DNA of 64,000 nucleotides from a virus: IMG/VR virus record IMGVR_UViG_3300029908_000016, positions 17,006 to 81,005 of that record; one strand, 5' to 3'. Shown piece by piece: positions 29,799 to 38,833 of this stretch (position 1 is its first letter; each line of letters starts with the position of its first letter). The notes under the pieces were generated by a model. It saw only the letters and a program-made list of their open reading frames with translations, ran no database searches and was not told where the DNA came from. The position numbers and the translations under genes were made by a program.

Positions 29799-30479
29799 TT
29801 ATTTATACTTCTCAAAAAGCTTTGAATGCAGCTTTTCAATTTCATTTGGATTGTAGTTTTTTCTATTTCTATCCAATAAATCTTTACCCCATTCATCAGC
29901 AATCGTTTTATCTTGAATACCAAAATCGTGTAATAATGAGTAGAGATGAAACTTACTATTAGCAATTTGGTAATGAAATTGTTGATTATCTGGAGAAAAT
30001 ATTACTTTTCCACCAATGCCCGAACCAGGTTCAACATTGATTTGTCCTTCAATCAATCCAGATTTTGCTCTTCGACAATATACACCCGATTTTAACAGCG
30101 ATTGAATTAAACTAATACTCTCAACACCATGCATGATGGTTGTATTTCGTTCAGTGACCCATGGTACTCTGGCTAATACAGTTTCTTTACTATCTATTAC
30201 CCCACCATCTTTTTTATTGATTAATTCAATTTTTGCTCTTAATGGTACGGATAAATCCTTCTTTTCAAGAATAGCGTTCTTTTGTTCTTGAATACTGAAC
30301 ACTTGATTAGGGTCTGGATACTTTAAATCACTGACCTTTAATTTAAAGTTATTTGACTCCAATCGATTCAATCGATCTTCATAAGCTTCTTTAACATTAC
30401 TAAGCACTTTATGCCTTACCGTTATAGGGTCAAAGAAACCCCGAGTATTCTCAGGAGGAGATACTTTCGCAGAAGCCAT
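29799..30479 (-). CDS. rpoB: RNA polymerase beta subunit, N-terminal fragment
   Basis: VPLRAKIELI...ETVLARVPWVTERNTTIMHGVE...QSLLKSGVY aligns with RpoB APLRVKLRL...[22 protein letters not shown]...QLHRSPGVF. Confidence 0.82.
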   Translation of the reverse strand: MASAKVSPPENTRGFFDPITVRHKVLSNVKEAYEDRLNRLESNNFKLKVSDLKYPDPNQVFSIQEQKNAILEKKDLSVPLRAKIELINKKDGGVIDSKETVLARVPWVTERNTTIMHGVESISLIQSLLKSGVYCRRAKSGLIEGQINVEPGSGIGGKVIFSPDNQQFHYQIANSKFHLYSLLHDFGIQDKTIADEWGKDLLDRNRKNYNPNEIEKLHSKLFEKYK

Positions 30480-30480
30480 A

Positions 30481-30996
30481 TTAATTATTGATTAAACTGT
30501 CTACGTATTCTTTTACAGCAGGGTGAGATAATAGTTTTTTTGTACGCTCATCTTCTGCTTGAATTGTATTTTCTTGTTTCGTCGCTACGGATACAGGTTT
30601 CTTGTTTAATTGATTATCAATGATCGCACCTGTCACTAATGAAGACAAGTTATGTTTAGCAGTTTTGGACTGCCCAAAATATTGAGGAATGATTGGTTGT
30701 CTTGGAATATAACCATTATTCATCGGGTAGCTTCCCATTGCTCCCTGAGAAGGTTGAGAAGTAGGATTATCGGTTTGGCTGTTCAATAACCCATACGCGA
30801 TGGGTAACATCAAATACGGAGCAGCTTCACCCATCAATCCTTTAACCATATTCTCACCACCTGTTAATGTATTATTAATGGTTGTGGATAAACCGTTAGG
30901 TTGCATCAATGGTTTTACGTTGTTGTAAATATTTTCGGCAGAAGACACACCTGGTATCTGTTTGAGATAATCGTTAAACCCAGAAAGCTTATTCAT
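30481..30996 (-). CDS. hypothetical virion-associated protein
   Basis: 171 aa; NKLS and SKTA sites, hydrophobic segment. Confidence 0.55.
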   Translation of the reverse strand: MNKLSGFNDYLKQIPGVSSAENIYNNVKPLMQPNGLSTTINNTLTGGENMVKGLMGEAAPYLMLPIAYGLLNSQTDNPTSQPSQGAMGSYPMNNGYIPRQPIIPQYFGQSKTAKHNLSSLVTGAIIDNQLNKKPVSVATKQENTIQAEDERTKKLLSHPAVKEYVDSLINN

Positions 30997-31622
30997 TAAA
31001 TTGCTTCAATATTAACATTCAATGGACTATTTGAAGAACGATGTTCTTCTTTACCTATATTACTTTTTAAAATAATAGAGGCTAATGTTGTTGCTAATAA
31101 TGGTTTATCAACAAAATCTTCTCTTACTTTCTGAGAAGATGGAAAATGCTTGGTTACAGGATGTGCCAAATTCTTTAAGCTTCTACTCAGTGCACCATCA
31201 GAAATTGTTTCTTCAGCAGATTTCTCAATAGCCTTTAACATACCTATACACATTGCATCAACATGAGGAACATCCATTTCATCCAATGAAGCTTTCTTTT
31301 CTCTGGTTAACGCTTTCAAATAATCTTCATGAGCTTTTTCCAATTCTTTATGAAGATTGTTTTTCTTATAGCTATAATGTTCAGTTTCTTTTTCTTTGAA
31401 GCCTTTATAGATATGACCAATGTTATTCAAATGTTCTGTTAAGGAAGCTTTCTTGGCTTGCTGTAAGCGTTCTTTTGGAAGTTTGATTACAAATTTTTCT
31501 TCCTCTTCTTCTTTACGAGGTTCATTCAATATGTTCTTTAATTGAATACCACCATACAATCCCTTTCCTAACAAATAAGAATGTATACGTTTTTCTTCAG
31601 GTGAAAGGGGTCGTTCGGTCAT
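30996..31622 (-). CDS. hypothetical virion-associated protein
   Basis: 208 aa; repeated KKAS/EKSA sites. Confidence 0.55.
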   Translation of the reverse strand: MTERPLSPEEKRIHSYLLGKGLYGGIQLKNILNEPRKEEEEEKFVIKLPKERLQQAKKASLTEHLNNIGHIYKGFKEKETEHYSYKKNNLHKELEKAHEDYLKALTREKKASLDEMDVPHVDAMCIGMLKAIEKSAEETISDGALSRSLKNLAHPVTKHFPSSQKVREDFVDKPLLATTLASIILKSNIGKEEHRSSNSPLNVNIEAI

Positions 31623-31626
31623 AAAA

Positions 31627-32031
31627 TTAATCTTCTGGTATTATCAAGGCAGGTTTTTCGGAATCAAGATCTTCAAGATAATGACTAACAATTACATACT
31701 TGCTGGTCACATTACTAAAATGGCTTTCCCATTTCGTTACATAATAACGAGGACTATTGATTAGTTCTTCGTAAAGCTTCTTTTCTTCAGGAATCGTAAT
31801 ATCAAATATTTGGACGTGGTTCTTGAAATTGGAAAATTTTTTCTTTTTTTGTTTGATACCCTTTTCTTCTTCAAAAGCATCAGCAATTTCTTCGTTTGAT
31901 CTTCCTCCAAAACCAACCTTCTCAAATATTTCTTTTTCAAAGTCACGGTCATTCCGACGTTTGACTTTCAAATCGGACAGTTCACCAGCGTCATAAGCAT
32001 CAACTACAAAAGATTCAGTATTAGGATTCAT
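31627..32031 (-). CDS. hypothetical protein
   Basis: 134 aa ORF in coupled operon. Confidence 0.6.
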   Translation of the reverse strand: MNPNTESFVVDAYDAGELSDLKVKRRNDRDFEKEIFEKVGFGGRSNEEIADAFEEEKGIKQKKKKFSNFKNHVQIFDITIPEEKKLYEELINSPRYYVTKWESHFSNVTSKYVIVSHYLEDLDSEKPALIIPED

Positions 32032-32377
32032 GTTCTTGATTAATTTTATTTGTTAATTTCTTTAACAAATTAATCTTGTCCTGATAAGTTTTCAACTTTT
32101 TATTTTTTTCTGATATATCTTTGTCTAGATGTTCATAACCTGTAGCCATCCCATAACCACCCAAAGCAAGTGTACCCGCATACGCGCCTCCTGCCTTTGC
32201 ACCAATGTCCAGAGGATTGAGCTTATCAAGGAAAGCGAGCTTCAATAAACTAGCTGCTTTTGTAACACCTGCTTCTGTGTGCATCGCCTGCAAAGCGTTT
32301 TCAAGCTCTTCCAATGAAGAACCTTGTTTTTCGAGATTTTCCGCAAAATTGGCTTTAAGTAGATTTAGAGGGTCCAT
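32021..32377 (-). CDS. glycine-zipper-like protein
   Basis: TKAA and LKLA sites, then GAKAGGAYAGTLALGGYG and a coiled coil. Confidence 0.6.
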   Translation of the reverse strand: MDPLNLLKANFAENLEKQGSSLEELENALQAMHTEAGVTKAASLLKLAFLDKLNPLDIGAKAGGAYAGTLALGGYGMATGYEHLDKDISEKNKKLKTYQDKINLLKKLTNKINQEHES

Positions 32378-32681
32378 GATTATTTAATAAACTATTACTT
32401 ATGATAACCCCAGCACCAAAGCCAGCCAAGGATAAAAGAATTTGTGTCTCTTTTTTAAATTGCAGAAATCTTGAAATTGCCAAGGCTGTCAAAGCACCAG
32501 TTGAGCCTATAAATAAATTTTCTAAGGGATGTGGATTATCAATTATGGATAATATATGATTACGAGCATGATCGTCAACATGAGGATCGAGAGCAACCAA
32601 AGTCGATAAATGTTGTCGATTGGTTGCTTCATTTAATATCTGTAAAGTATTATTCATATTAAACAGGACTAAAAGAAGCAC
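32355..32681 (-). CDS. small two-helix membrane protein (probable start MNNTL)
   Basis: IGSTGALTALAI and LSLAGFGAGVII segments. Confidence 0.55.
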   Translation of the reverse strand: MLLLVLFNMNNTLQILNEATNRQHLSTLVALDPHVDDHARNHILSIIDNPHPLENLFIGSTGALTALAISRFLQFKKETQILLSLAGFGAGVIISNSLLNNHGPSKST

Positions 32682-33372
32682 TCGCTGCAGGTGTTAAAGC
32701 ACCTTTTCCACCATAATACAAAGCCATGATTGTTGCTAACGGAATACCATAATCCATCAATTTTGAAACTAACGGATGTTGCACATCAAATGGGTCATTG
32801 TCCTTACGATTTTTATTTAACAGATAACTAGCTCCCATTGCACCCCCTGCAACAACCGGAGCAGGTAGATTTGTAAAATTATTAAAGGTATTTACAGCCC
32901 CAGAGTATATATTAGCTGTTTTATTGATATCCACTTGTTCAGCTATTAAATCTTTAATCTGCTTATTGATTTTCTTTTTTAAAATGGCTTTCCAAACATT
33001 CTCATTTTGATGCTTTAAAGTATAAGTAGGATTACGTTTACCTTCGTGCAGCGTAATATACAACTGACCAGGATGACTACGATGTACTTGCGCAGTACGT
33101 TCATGTGTAGCGATATTTGAATAATTATTATCGTTTAATCTTTTGATTTCGAAAGAATGATTGTCTTCTTCTTTGTCGGGTACCAATTTATCAGGGAATG
33201 AAAAACTATAAATTGTCTCTCCATTCTTTAAAGATAGTTTACCATCCTTATGCTTATATTTCCAATTTTGCTGATTATTGGAGAATGGAAAATGGGATGT
33301 TACTTCATGACTGGGTGGAAAGTCGAGGACTTCAGCCAATTTATAAAGTAATATCGCTTTTCCAAAATTCAT
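32659..33372 (-). CDS. hypothetical protein with C-terminal hydrophobic hairpin
   Basis: YKLA and NKTA sites flank a globular domain; hydrophobic tail. Confidence 0.6.
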   Translation of the reverse strand: MNFGKAILLYKLAEVLDFPPSHEVTSHFPFSNNQQNWKYKHKDGKLSLKNGETIYSFSFPDKLVPDKEEDNHSFEIKRLNDNNYSNIATHERTAQVHRSHPGQLYITLHEGKRNPTYTLKHQNENVWKAILKKKINKQIKDLIAEQVDINKTANIYSGAVNTFNNFTNLPAPVVAGGAMGASYLLNKNRKDNDPFDVQHPLVSKLMDYGIPLATIMALYYGGKGALTPAASASFSPV

Positions 33373-33377
33373 GATTA

Positions 33378-34688
33378 TTAAGGATAGGAATGTTCACCCG
33401 ATAAAGCAGCTATTGAATCAGGTGTGATTGTACCTGACTGTGGATAACCTGCTCCATATCCCGGATTTAACATTCCTCCAAAATTACCTTCGTTATTTTT
33501 AATATTTGATAACAATGAAGGAAGATACTTATCACCACCATAAGCCCCTAATAATGTGGTAGCTAATCCAGGTAAACCAGATAGACCATAATGTTTCGCT
33601 AACAACATCGCTCCCAATCCACCTGCCAATGTTCCTGTCCAACCATTGTCCAATCCAGGAATTAAATCATTTTGTTTTGATATAGGATCTGCAGGATTAG
33701 TATTCGTACCACTGATGTTATCTTTAATCCCCTGTTCCACCCCACCGGTAATACCTGAATAATCCAATAACTTTTTACCCCCATATAATGCACCTGCCCC
33801 AATAGCTCCTGCTGTACCAAGTTGTCGAGCACCGTATCGAGCTAATAAAGCTGCTGGAGCAGCAGCGGCTGTACCAATTGGTCCAAACATTGCACCAGTT
33901 CCAAGTATTGAAGCAGGTGCCATATTACGTTCAATGAATCCTCGATTACCTTCTCGGTTCGTACCGTTCCATAACAAATCAGTTAATGAGTTATCTAACG
34001 GAGCTTTACCAATTAGTTTATTAAATAATGTTGGATCGGATGGTTGTGGAGTGGACTCTGGTGTTGATGTATTTACAGGATTGGATTTTCCTTTATTGGA
34101 ATAAGCTTCTTCTGCTGCATTTCGAGCATCAATACCTACAGGTGCTTGTAATCCTGGTTCTTTGTTTTGTGGGGCATAAGAGGTATTATCAATATCTGTG
34201 GATGCTGCGTTAGATTGTGCCCTTGCTCTTGCTCGGTCATAAGTTGGATTTACCGATGTAGGTTGTTTCACAACCTTTGCTGGGTTTACGATTGGGTCAG
34301 GGCGTAAATATTTTCCAAATGATCGTTCAATTTGTGTCATTCTTGGCAATGCTTGTTCAATCGCAGGTAAAGCTGCATCACCCAATTCTCCAAGACCTGC
34401 TGCGTTTTTAAATAACTTTTCTGCTGTATCGAATACACCTTGAATATATTCTTTTGAATAGCCGGATTGTATAGCAGCTATCTTAAATTGTTTCTGAAAA
34501 TGCATTGAAGCTTTTTTTAGCTCTTCAATTGGATTTTCAATTTCTCCAATCTCATAAGATATCTTTGTAAACAATGCATTATCAGATAGTTGGCTATCAA
34601 TATACTCTTCTGCCTTTTTTTGAATGGAGGATAGAGAATGTAATAAAGGATAAATAAAGGGAGGAAGAGTTTCCATATACTTAATCAA
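33378..34688 (-). CDS. glycine-zipper-rich putative ejection/internal protein
   Basis: Leader-like QFKIAAIQSGYS...FKNA; several GxxxG hydrophobic stretches. Confidence 0.6.
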   Translation of the reverse strand: MIKYMETLPPFIYPLLHSLSSIQKKAEEYIDSQLSDNALFTKISYEIGEIENPIEELKKASMHFQKQFKIAAIQSGYSKEYIQGVFDTAEKLFKNAAGLGELGDAALPAIEQALPRMTQIERSFGKYLRPDPIVNPAKVVKQPTSVNPTYDRARARAQSNAASTDIDNTSYAPQNKEPGLQAPVGIDARNAAEEAYSNKGKSNPVNTSTPESTPQPSDPTLFNKLIGKAPLDNSLTDLLWNGTNREGNRGFIERNMAPASILGTGAMFGPIGTAAAAPAALLARYGARQLGTAGAIGAGALYGGKKLLDYSGITGGVEQGIKDNISGTNTNPADPISKQNDLIPGLDNGWTGTLAGGLGAMLLAKHYGLSGLPGLATTLLGAYGGDKYLPSLLSNIKNNEGNFGGMLNPGYGAGYPQSGTITPDSIAALSGEHSYP

Positions 34689-34731
34689 TACTAGCAGAAT
34701 TTTGATATCGTCTACAAGTCATTAGATTTGA

Positions 34732-34768
34732 CCCCCTCCCAGAATATTCATTATAAATTGGTATAATA
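34732..34768 (+). promoter_or_regulatory. phage promoter motif copy 3
   Basis: CCCCCTCCC...ATTGGTATAATA, spacing 1 nt longer than the other copies. Confidence 0.65.
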
Positions 34769-34810
34769 AGTTGTGAAGGATTTTACTTACTCAATTAATA
34801 TACAAAAATT

Positions 34811-35029
34811 ATGAAAAACAATACAAATAATGAACTAGATGTTTACTACACAATACGGTTATTAACTATAACATGGTTATTATTTCTTACAATTATACCA
34901 GCTATTATGTTGCTTCTTGATGGAACAATTGATGTTTCAGTAGCTAAAGATGTTGAGTCAGCGTGCTTGTCAATGTGCATGATTCTAATGGCTTTGGAAT
35001 GCATTCTCAAATTAATAATCTCAGAATAA
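34811..35029 (+). CDS. small membrane protein
   Basis: Two hydrophobic helices; first gene after the promoter motif. Confidence 0.55.
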   Translation: MKNNTNNELDVYYTIRLLTITWLLFLTIIPAIMLLLDGTIDVSVAKDVESACLSMCMILMALECILKLIISE

Positions 35030-35041
35030 TCAAATAAATAT

Positions 35042-35479
35042 ATGTTAACCGAACAACAAAAACAAGAAACCATCGAAGCGATTACACATTTCATCAAAAC
35101 AGGAAGTACAAAAGGTATTGAAGTTTTTTATGAGAACAAATGGAATGCATTGGAAAACTATGTAGTGCCTCAAGTAAATTTTTTTAACAGCTATTTACCT
35201 CATCGATTAATCAAAAAAAAAGTTAAGGTAATTAATCGTTATCAACTTCCAAGTGTTATTTGGGTGTCTTCCAATGATTTTATTAAAAGTGCAATGGTTG
35301 ATCGTATTTTTGATAACAGCTTGCAATTGACTTTCTCTATTCATATCGACAATGACTATGTATCTGTAATACATCTTACAGACAAAGAGGAAGACCTTCG
35401 AGTGTTAAGGCAGTTAAAATATTCATCTACGCATACTCCAAGTCCCTGTGATATACACTCCTTCATAATTGAAGAATAA
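35042..35479 (+). CDS. hypothetical protein
   Basis: 145 aa ORF. Confidence 0.55.
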   Translation: MLTEQQKQETIEAITHFIKTGSTKGIEVFYENKWNALENYVVPQVNFFNSYLPHRLIKKKVKVINRYQLPSVIWVSSNDFIKSAMVDRIFDNSLQLTFSIHIDNDYVSVIHLTDKEEDLRVLRQLKYSSTHTPSPCDIHSFIIEE

Positions 35480-35534
35480 TTTGGAACGACATAACGTTGT
35501 TCCGTTAACCAACAACACAACAACAAAGGACGAT

Positions 35535-35597
35535 ATGTTCATTCGTGGTGTCTACTGGACTCGCAGTGAATGGTTGGATTATATTCATAATCGATGA
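35535..35597 (+). CDS. putative 20 aa peptide MFIRGVYWTRSEWLDYIHNR
   Basis: AAAGGA RBS with unstructured CAA-rich leader, flanked by hairpins. Confidence 0.4.
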   Translation: MFIRGVYWTRSEWLDYIHNR

Positions 35598-35823
35598 CCG
35601 ATTGTGAATCAACACATCCCACTACGGTCATTCCGTAGTGGGTAATATTACAACACTTTATGGAAGATATAAATAATTACGAATTCTACAGCTATTCATT
35701 AGATGCGTTGAAAATGTTGGTGGATTTACGTTGGATACGTATCTTTGAAAGAGATAGCCTATATGATTGGAAAACCGAAATAAAACATTATGAAAATTGT
35801 AATATCATCGAATAATCAACATT

Positions 35824-36258
35824 ATGGGTACAAATTATTATAGCATTGTAAAGGAATCAGAAGAATGTCCTCACTGTAATCACAGTACTCCTCGAACGGA
35901 AAAACATATTGGAAAATCCTCTTTTGGATGGTGTTTTCAATTACATGTTTATCCCGAAGAATCCATCAATAGTCTGAATGATTGGCTACCATATTTTGAC
36001 AAATACATCATTGAAGATGAGTATGGAAAAACAGTTTCCAAAGAAGATATTCTGAGAATTATTACCGAACCTAAACGGTCGAATAATCGAAATAATTCTT
36101 CATCACAAATAGGATCATCATTAATTCGAAGCCAATTTCTAGACCACTATCAGGCTGTCGAAGGGCCATATAATCTATTGAGATCAAGAATCGATAATAC
36201 TCATTGTATTGGGCATGGAGAAGGTACTTACGATTATATCGTAGGAGAATTTAGTTAA
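35824..36258 (+). CDS. conserved phage protein
   Basis: MGTNYY, CPHC, HIGKSSFGWCF, I.DEYG, C-terminal GEFS. Confidence 0.72.
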   Translation: MGTNYYSIVKESEECPHCNHSTPRTEKHIGKSSFGWCFQLHVYPEESINSLNDWLPYFDKYIIEDEYGKTVSKEDILRIITEPKRSNNRNNSSSQIGSSLIRSQFLDHYQAVEGPYNLLRSRIDNTHCIGHGEGTYDYIVGEFS

Positions 36259-36268
36259 CCCCTCCCCA

Positions 36269-36305
36269 CCCCCCTTGGAGGATTAGGCTACAAATTGGTA
36301 TACTA
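36269..36305 (+). promoter_or_regulatory. phage promoter motif copy 4
   Basis: CCCCCCTTGG...ATTGGTATACTA, same spacing as copies 1 and 2. Confidence 0.65.
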
Positions 36306-36336
36306 GTATATCAGGAAAGGATTTATCTCTTGTGAG

Positions 36337-36759
36337 GTGAATTCTGGAAAACAAAAACAACGAAAGGATCATATGATTAATATCGACGAACTCACATTAA
36401 AAGATATCAAAGCAATTCAACAAATTGTTGTTCCAACGATTGGAACACCTAACCATAATACTAATCCAGATCAACCGTATCACCCAATGTTGGGTAAACG
36501 TTGTTTGGTACGTACTTACAGTGCAGGTGTACACATTGGGGATATCTCTTATGTGAACGGTATGGAAGTGAAATTGACAAATGCACTGCGCCTGTGGAAA
36601 TGGGAAGGCGGCGGTTTGTCGTTGTCGGCAATTGCCAATGTTGGAATGAAAGGTGGACGTATCGACGTAACCAATGAAGTATACCTCACCAATGTAATCG
36701 AAATTATCCCCACAACCAAGGAAGCAGAAAAAACCTATGTCAAATTCATTGAAAAATAA
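36337..36759 (+). CDS. Sm/SH3-like phage protein (DUF6948-like; probable start MINID)
   Basis: GKRCLVRTYSAGVHIG, NALRLWKW, SLSAIA..G, EIIP. Confidence 0.72.
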   Translation: MNSGKQKQRKDHMINIDELTLKDIKAIQQIVVPTIGTPNHNTNPDQPYHPMLGKRCLVRTYSAGVHIGDISYVNGMEVKLTNALRLWKWEGGGLSLSAIANVGMKGGRIDVTNEVYLTNVIEIIPTTKEAEKTYVKFIEK

Positions 36760-37060
36760 ACATCATGGCCACGATTTACATCATGGCCACGATTTAAAAG
36801 ATGGCTCTGATGGCTCTGATGGCTCTGGCTCTGGCGATGGCTCTGGCTCTGGCTCTGGCGATGGCTCTGGCTCTGGCTATGGCTATGGCGAGGGCGAGGG
36901 CTCTGGCTATGGCTCTGGCTATGGCGATGGCTATGGCTATGGCGATGGCTATGGCTATGGCTCTGGCTATGGCTCTGGCTATGGCTCTGGCTCTGGCGAT
37001 GGCTATGGCTATGGCTATGGCGATGGCTATGGCGATGGCGATGGCTCTGGCGGAGGTTAA
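36737..37060 (+). CDS. Gly-rich (GD/GS/GY)n repeat protein
   Basis: Frame reading GDGSGSG/GYGYG; wobble pattern GGC-TCT/TAT/GAT supports this frame. Confidence 0.55.
   Translation: MSNSLKNKHHGHDLHHGHDLKDGSDGSDGSGSGDGSGSGSGDGSGSGYGYGEGEGSGYGSGYGDGYGYGDGYGYGSGYGSGYGSGSGDGYGYGYGDGYGDGDGSGGG
36761..37052. repeat. 18-bp tandem duplication plus hexamer repeat tract
   Basis: CATCATGGCCACGATTTA twice (36761-36796), then about 250 bp of GGCTCT/GGCTAT/GGCGAT units. Confidence 0.95.
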
Positions 37061-37064
37061 TGGC

Positions 37065-37091
37065 AAAATGAGGTTCCACCCCTCATTTTTT
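37065..37091. terminator. bidirectional terminator
   Basis: AAAATGAGG-TTCCACC-CCTCATTTT between convergent genes. Confidence 0.65.
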
Positions 37092-38049
37092 AGCTATCAG
37101 ACAGCGGATTACGAAAATAACCCAAAGCATCCTTTCTCCGTTTATTATATAATAATTGGAGTATCTCCATATCGTTTCTGACCCTTCGATATAACATCGA
37201 TGAACGCTCGGGTGTCCAGTGTACCCTGTACTGGTCTTTCAGAGTACCTGTCATCGGTTTACATAAATACCGTAAACAATTATCAAAATAACTCTTCGTC
37301 AATATCGGCTTACTTAAATTGTCCATACCCAAATCGTCAAAGTAGGATAAATCGAGCACAGACCCTTTTGGACAGGCGATTATACAATGAAGGTGTGAGG
37401 ACCAGGTATTGTGCAGAAGATTCAAGCAGGAGGCTTCCTCGCTCCAAAGAGCACCCAGTAGATAACGATAACGAGTACGGGAATGTAGAAGATTACTCAG
37501 TTTTACATGAATACGACGATTCTTGGAATGAAAATTCAATAATAAAGAATCAATATTCTGTAAATCAAAAACATGAAAATCGGATGGCTCACCAAATGTT
37601 ATATGATAAAAGTCCAATCCACTAGTCCAGTAACCAGAATATTTTCTCCAAAAAGATTGTTCAGCCCGAAAAGCACAACGAGGACAGTAACGAGATTTAC
37701 CACATGGACGATTAGGAGTAGTGTATCGATCAGGATATAAAGGATTAGTTCTCATCTCACAGCAAATACAACAGTCCCAAGTATAAGAATCCAGTAGATT
37801 AAAAGCTTGGTCTTCCAGTTTACCCACTTGATACCTTTTGGAATATCCTTTGTCCAATTGGATTAGATTACCGTTAACAATAGAATCAAGTATGCGATCA
37901 TGGATTACAGGATCACGTTCGGACAGAAGATTCCAGCTATCACGTAGAGACTGGAAGTTTAGAAAGTTGAGATTTTCATACCCCCTAATATGTTCCGACG
38001 ACGTATGTAGCTGTAAAGGCACTACAGGAGGTACAGTAAGAGAGGACAT
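37090..38049 (-). CDS. HUH endonuclease, rolling-circle Rep-like
   Basis: Zn motif CGKSRYCPRC, motif I YHITF, motif II HLHCII, motif III YLCK in canonical order. Confidence 0.78.
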   Translation of the reverse strand: MSSLTVPPVVPLQLHTSSEHIRGYENLNFLNFQSLRDSWNLLSERDPVIHDRILDSIVNGNLIQLDKGYSKRYQVGKLEDQAFNLLDSYTWDCCICCEMRTNPLYPDRYTTPNRPCGKSRYCPRCAFRAEQSFWRKYSGYWTSGLDFYHITFGEPSDFHVFDLQNIDSLLLNFHSKNRRIHVKLSNLLHSRTRYRYLLGALWSEEASCLNLLHNTWSSHLHCIIACPKGSVLDLSYFDDLGMDNLSKPILTKSYFDNCLRYLCKPMTGTLKDQYRVHWTPERSSMLYRRVRNDMEILQLLYNKRRKDALGYFRNPLSDS

Positions 38050-38458
38050 ACGAAGTCGAGCAATATAATGGGGAAACGGCTGTTAAGCAAGATAGAGGTA
38101 TAGAAAGAGTAAGAATAGCTATTCGACAGAGAGGTAAGCTGGAACTATTCGATTAACCAAGTAAACGGCAGGCCTGCGAAAAGTAGAGAATGGAAAATAA
38201 AGTTTAGCTTAGAAAGAGCTATAAAATAGGGGCTGAGACTAATCATTGGCCAACTAATCTAGTACTACATATATAAGGTATATAATATTCTATAAAGACA
38301 GGTATACCGAATTGCTTGAAAAACATTCGTTAGATATAGTTTTATTGAGTTTATTTAATGTAAATAAGGCAGTTGACAACATATGTATTCAGATTTACGT
38401 TAATGTAAAAACACTAATTCAGTGGATGGTTAATACAAGTTAAGTATATACATAAAAT

Positions 38459-38800
38459 TTGACTGTGGTGCCTTTATACGTATATTCAACAATGCATAAA
38501 TCTTATATCGTACTTCCAGATATCGTAGAATTGACTAGGGATAATTTAGCAGAGTTTTATAAAACATTTGTCAAAGTTACACGTATCCCATTATTTAAAT
38601 CGTCAATAACAGATCACCTAATAACTGTACAATTTTCGGATAAACATATTTTGGATATGTTGAGCTTTTGTCCTATTGAGGACATTTCAAAAGTAGACCC
38701 ACTTAGGCAAGAATTTCAAAAATGTAATCCTACAGTATTTGGTGTACCTGTTTCTGTGGAGGGTAATTATACAGCTATTATTTTCCAATATGGCATTTGA
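38459..38800 (+). CDS. hypothetical protein (probable start MHKSY)
   Basis: About 100 aa ORF. Confidence 0.5.
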   Translation: MTVVPLYVYSTMHKSYIVLPDIVELTRDNLAEFYKTFVKVTRIPLFKSSITDHLITVQFSDKHILDMLSFCPIEDISKVDPLRQEFQKCNPTVFGVPVSVEGNYTAIIFQYGI

Positions 38801-38833
38801 CAGCTATAAATATAAGGTTAGATTGTAGAACTT

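Noticed and set aside
36761-37052. Possible CRISPR array or DGR repeat
   Set aside because: Contiguous short tandem units without unique spacers; no cas or reverse transcriptase gene in the window
36735-37181. ORFs reading (SH/SQ)n, (AI/AR)n and (AL/AM)n
   Set aside because: Alternative frames of the hexamer repeat; only the Gly frame fits the codon pattern and known phage Gly-rich proteins
37200-38068. Plus-strand 141 aa and 76 aa ORFs over the HUH gene
   Set aside because: Antisense shadows of a motif-bearing gene; no recognisable features
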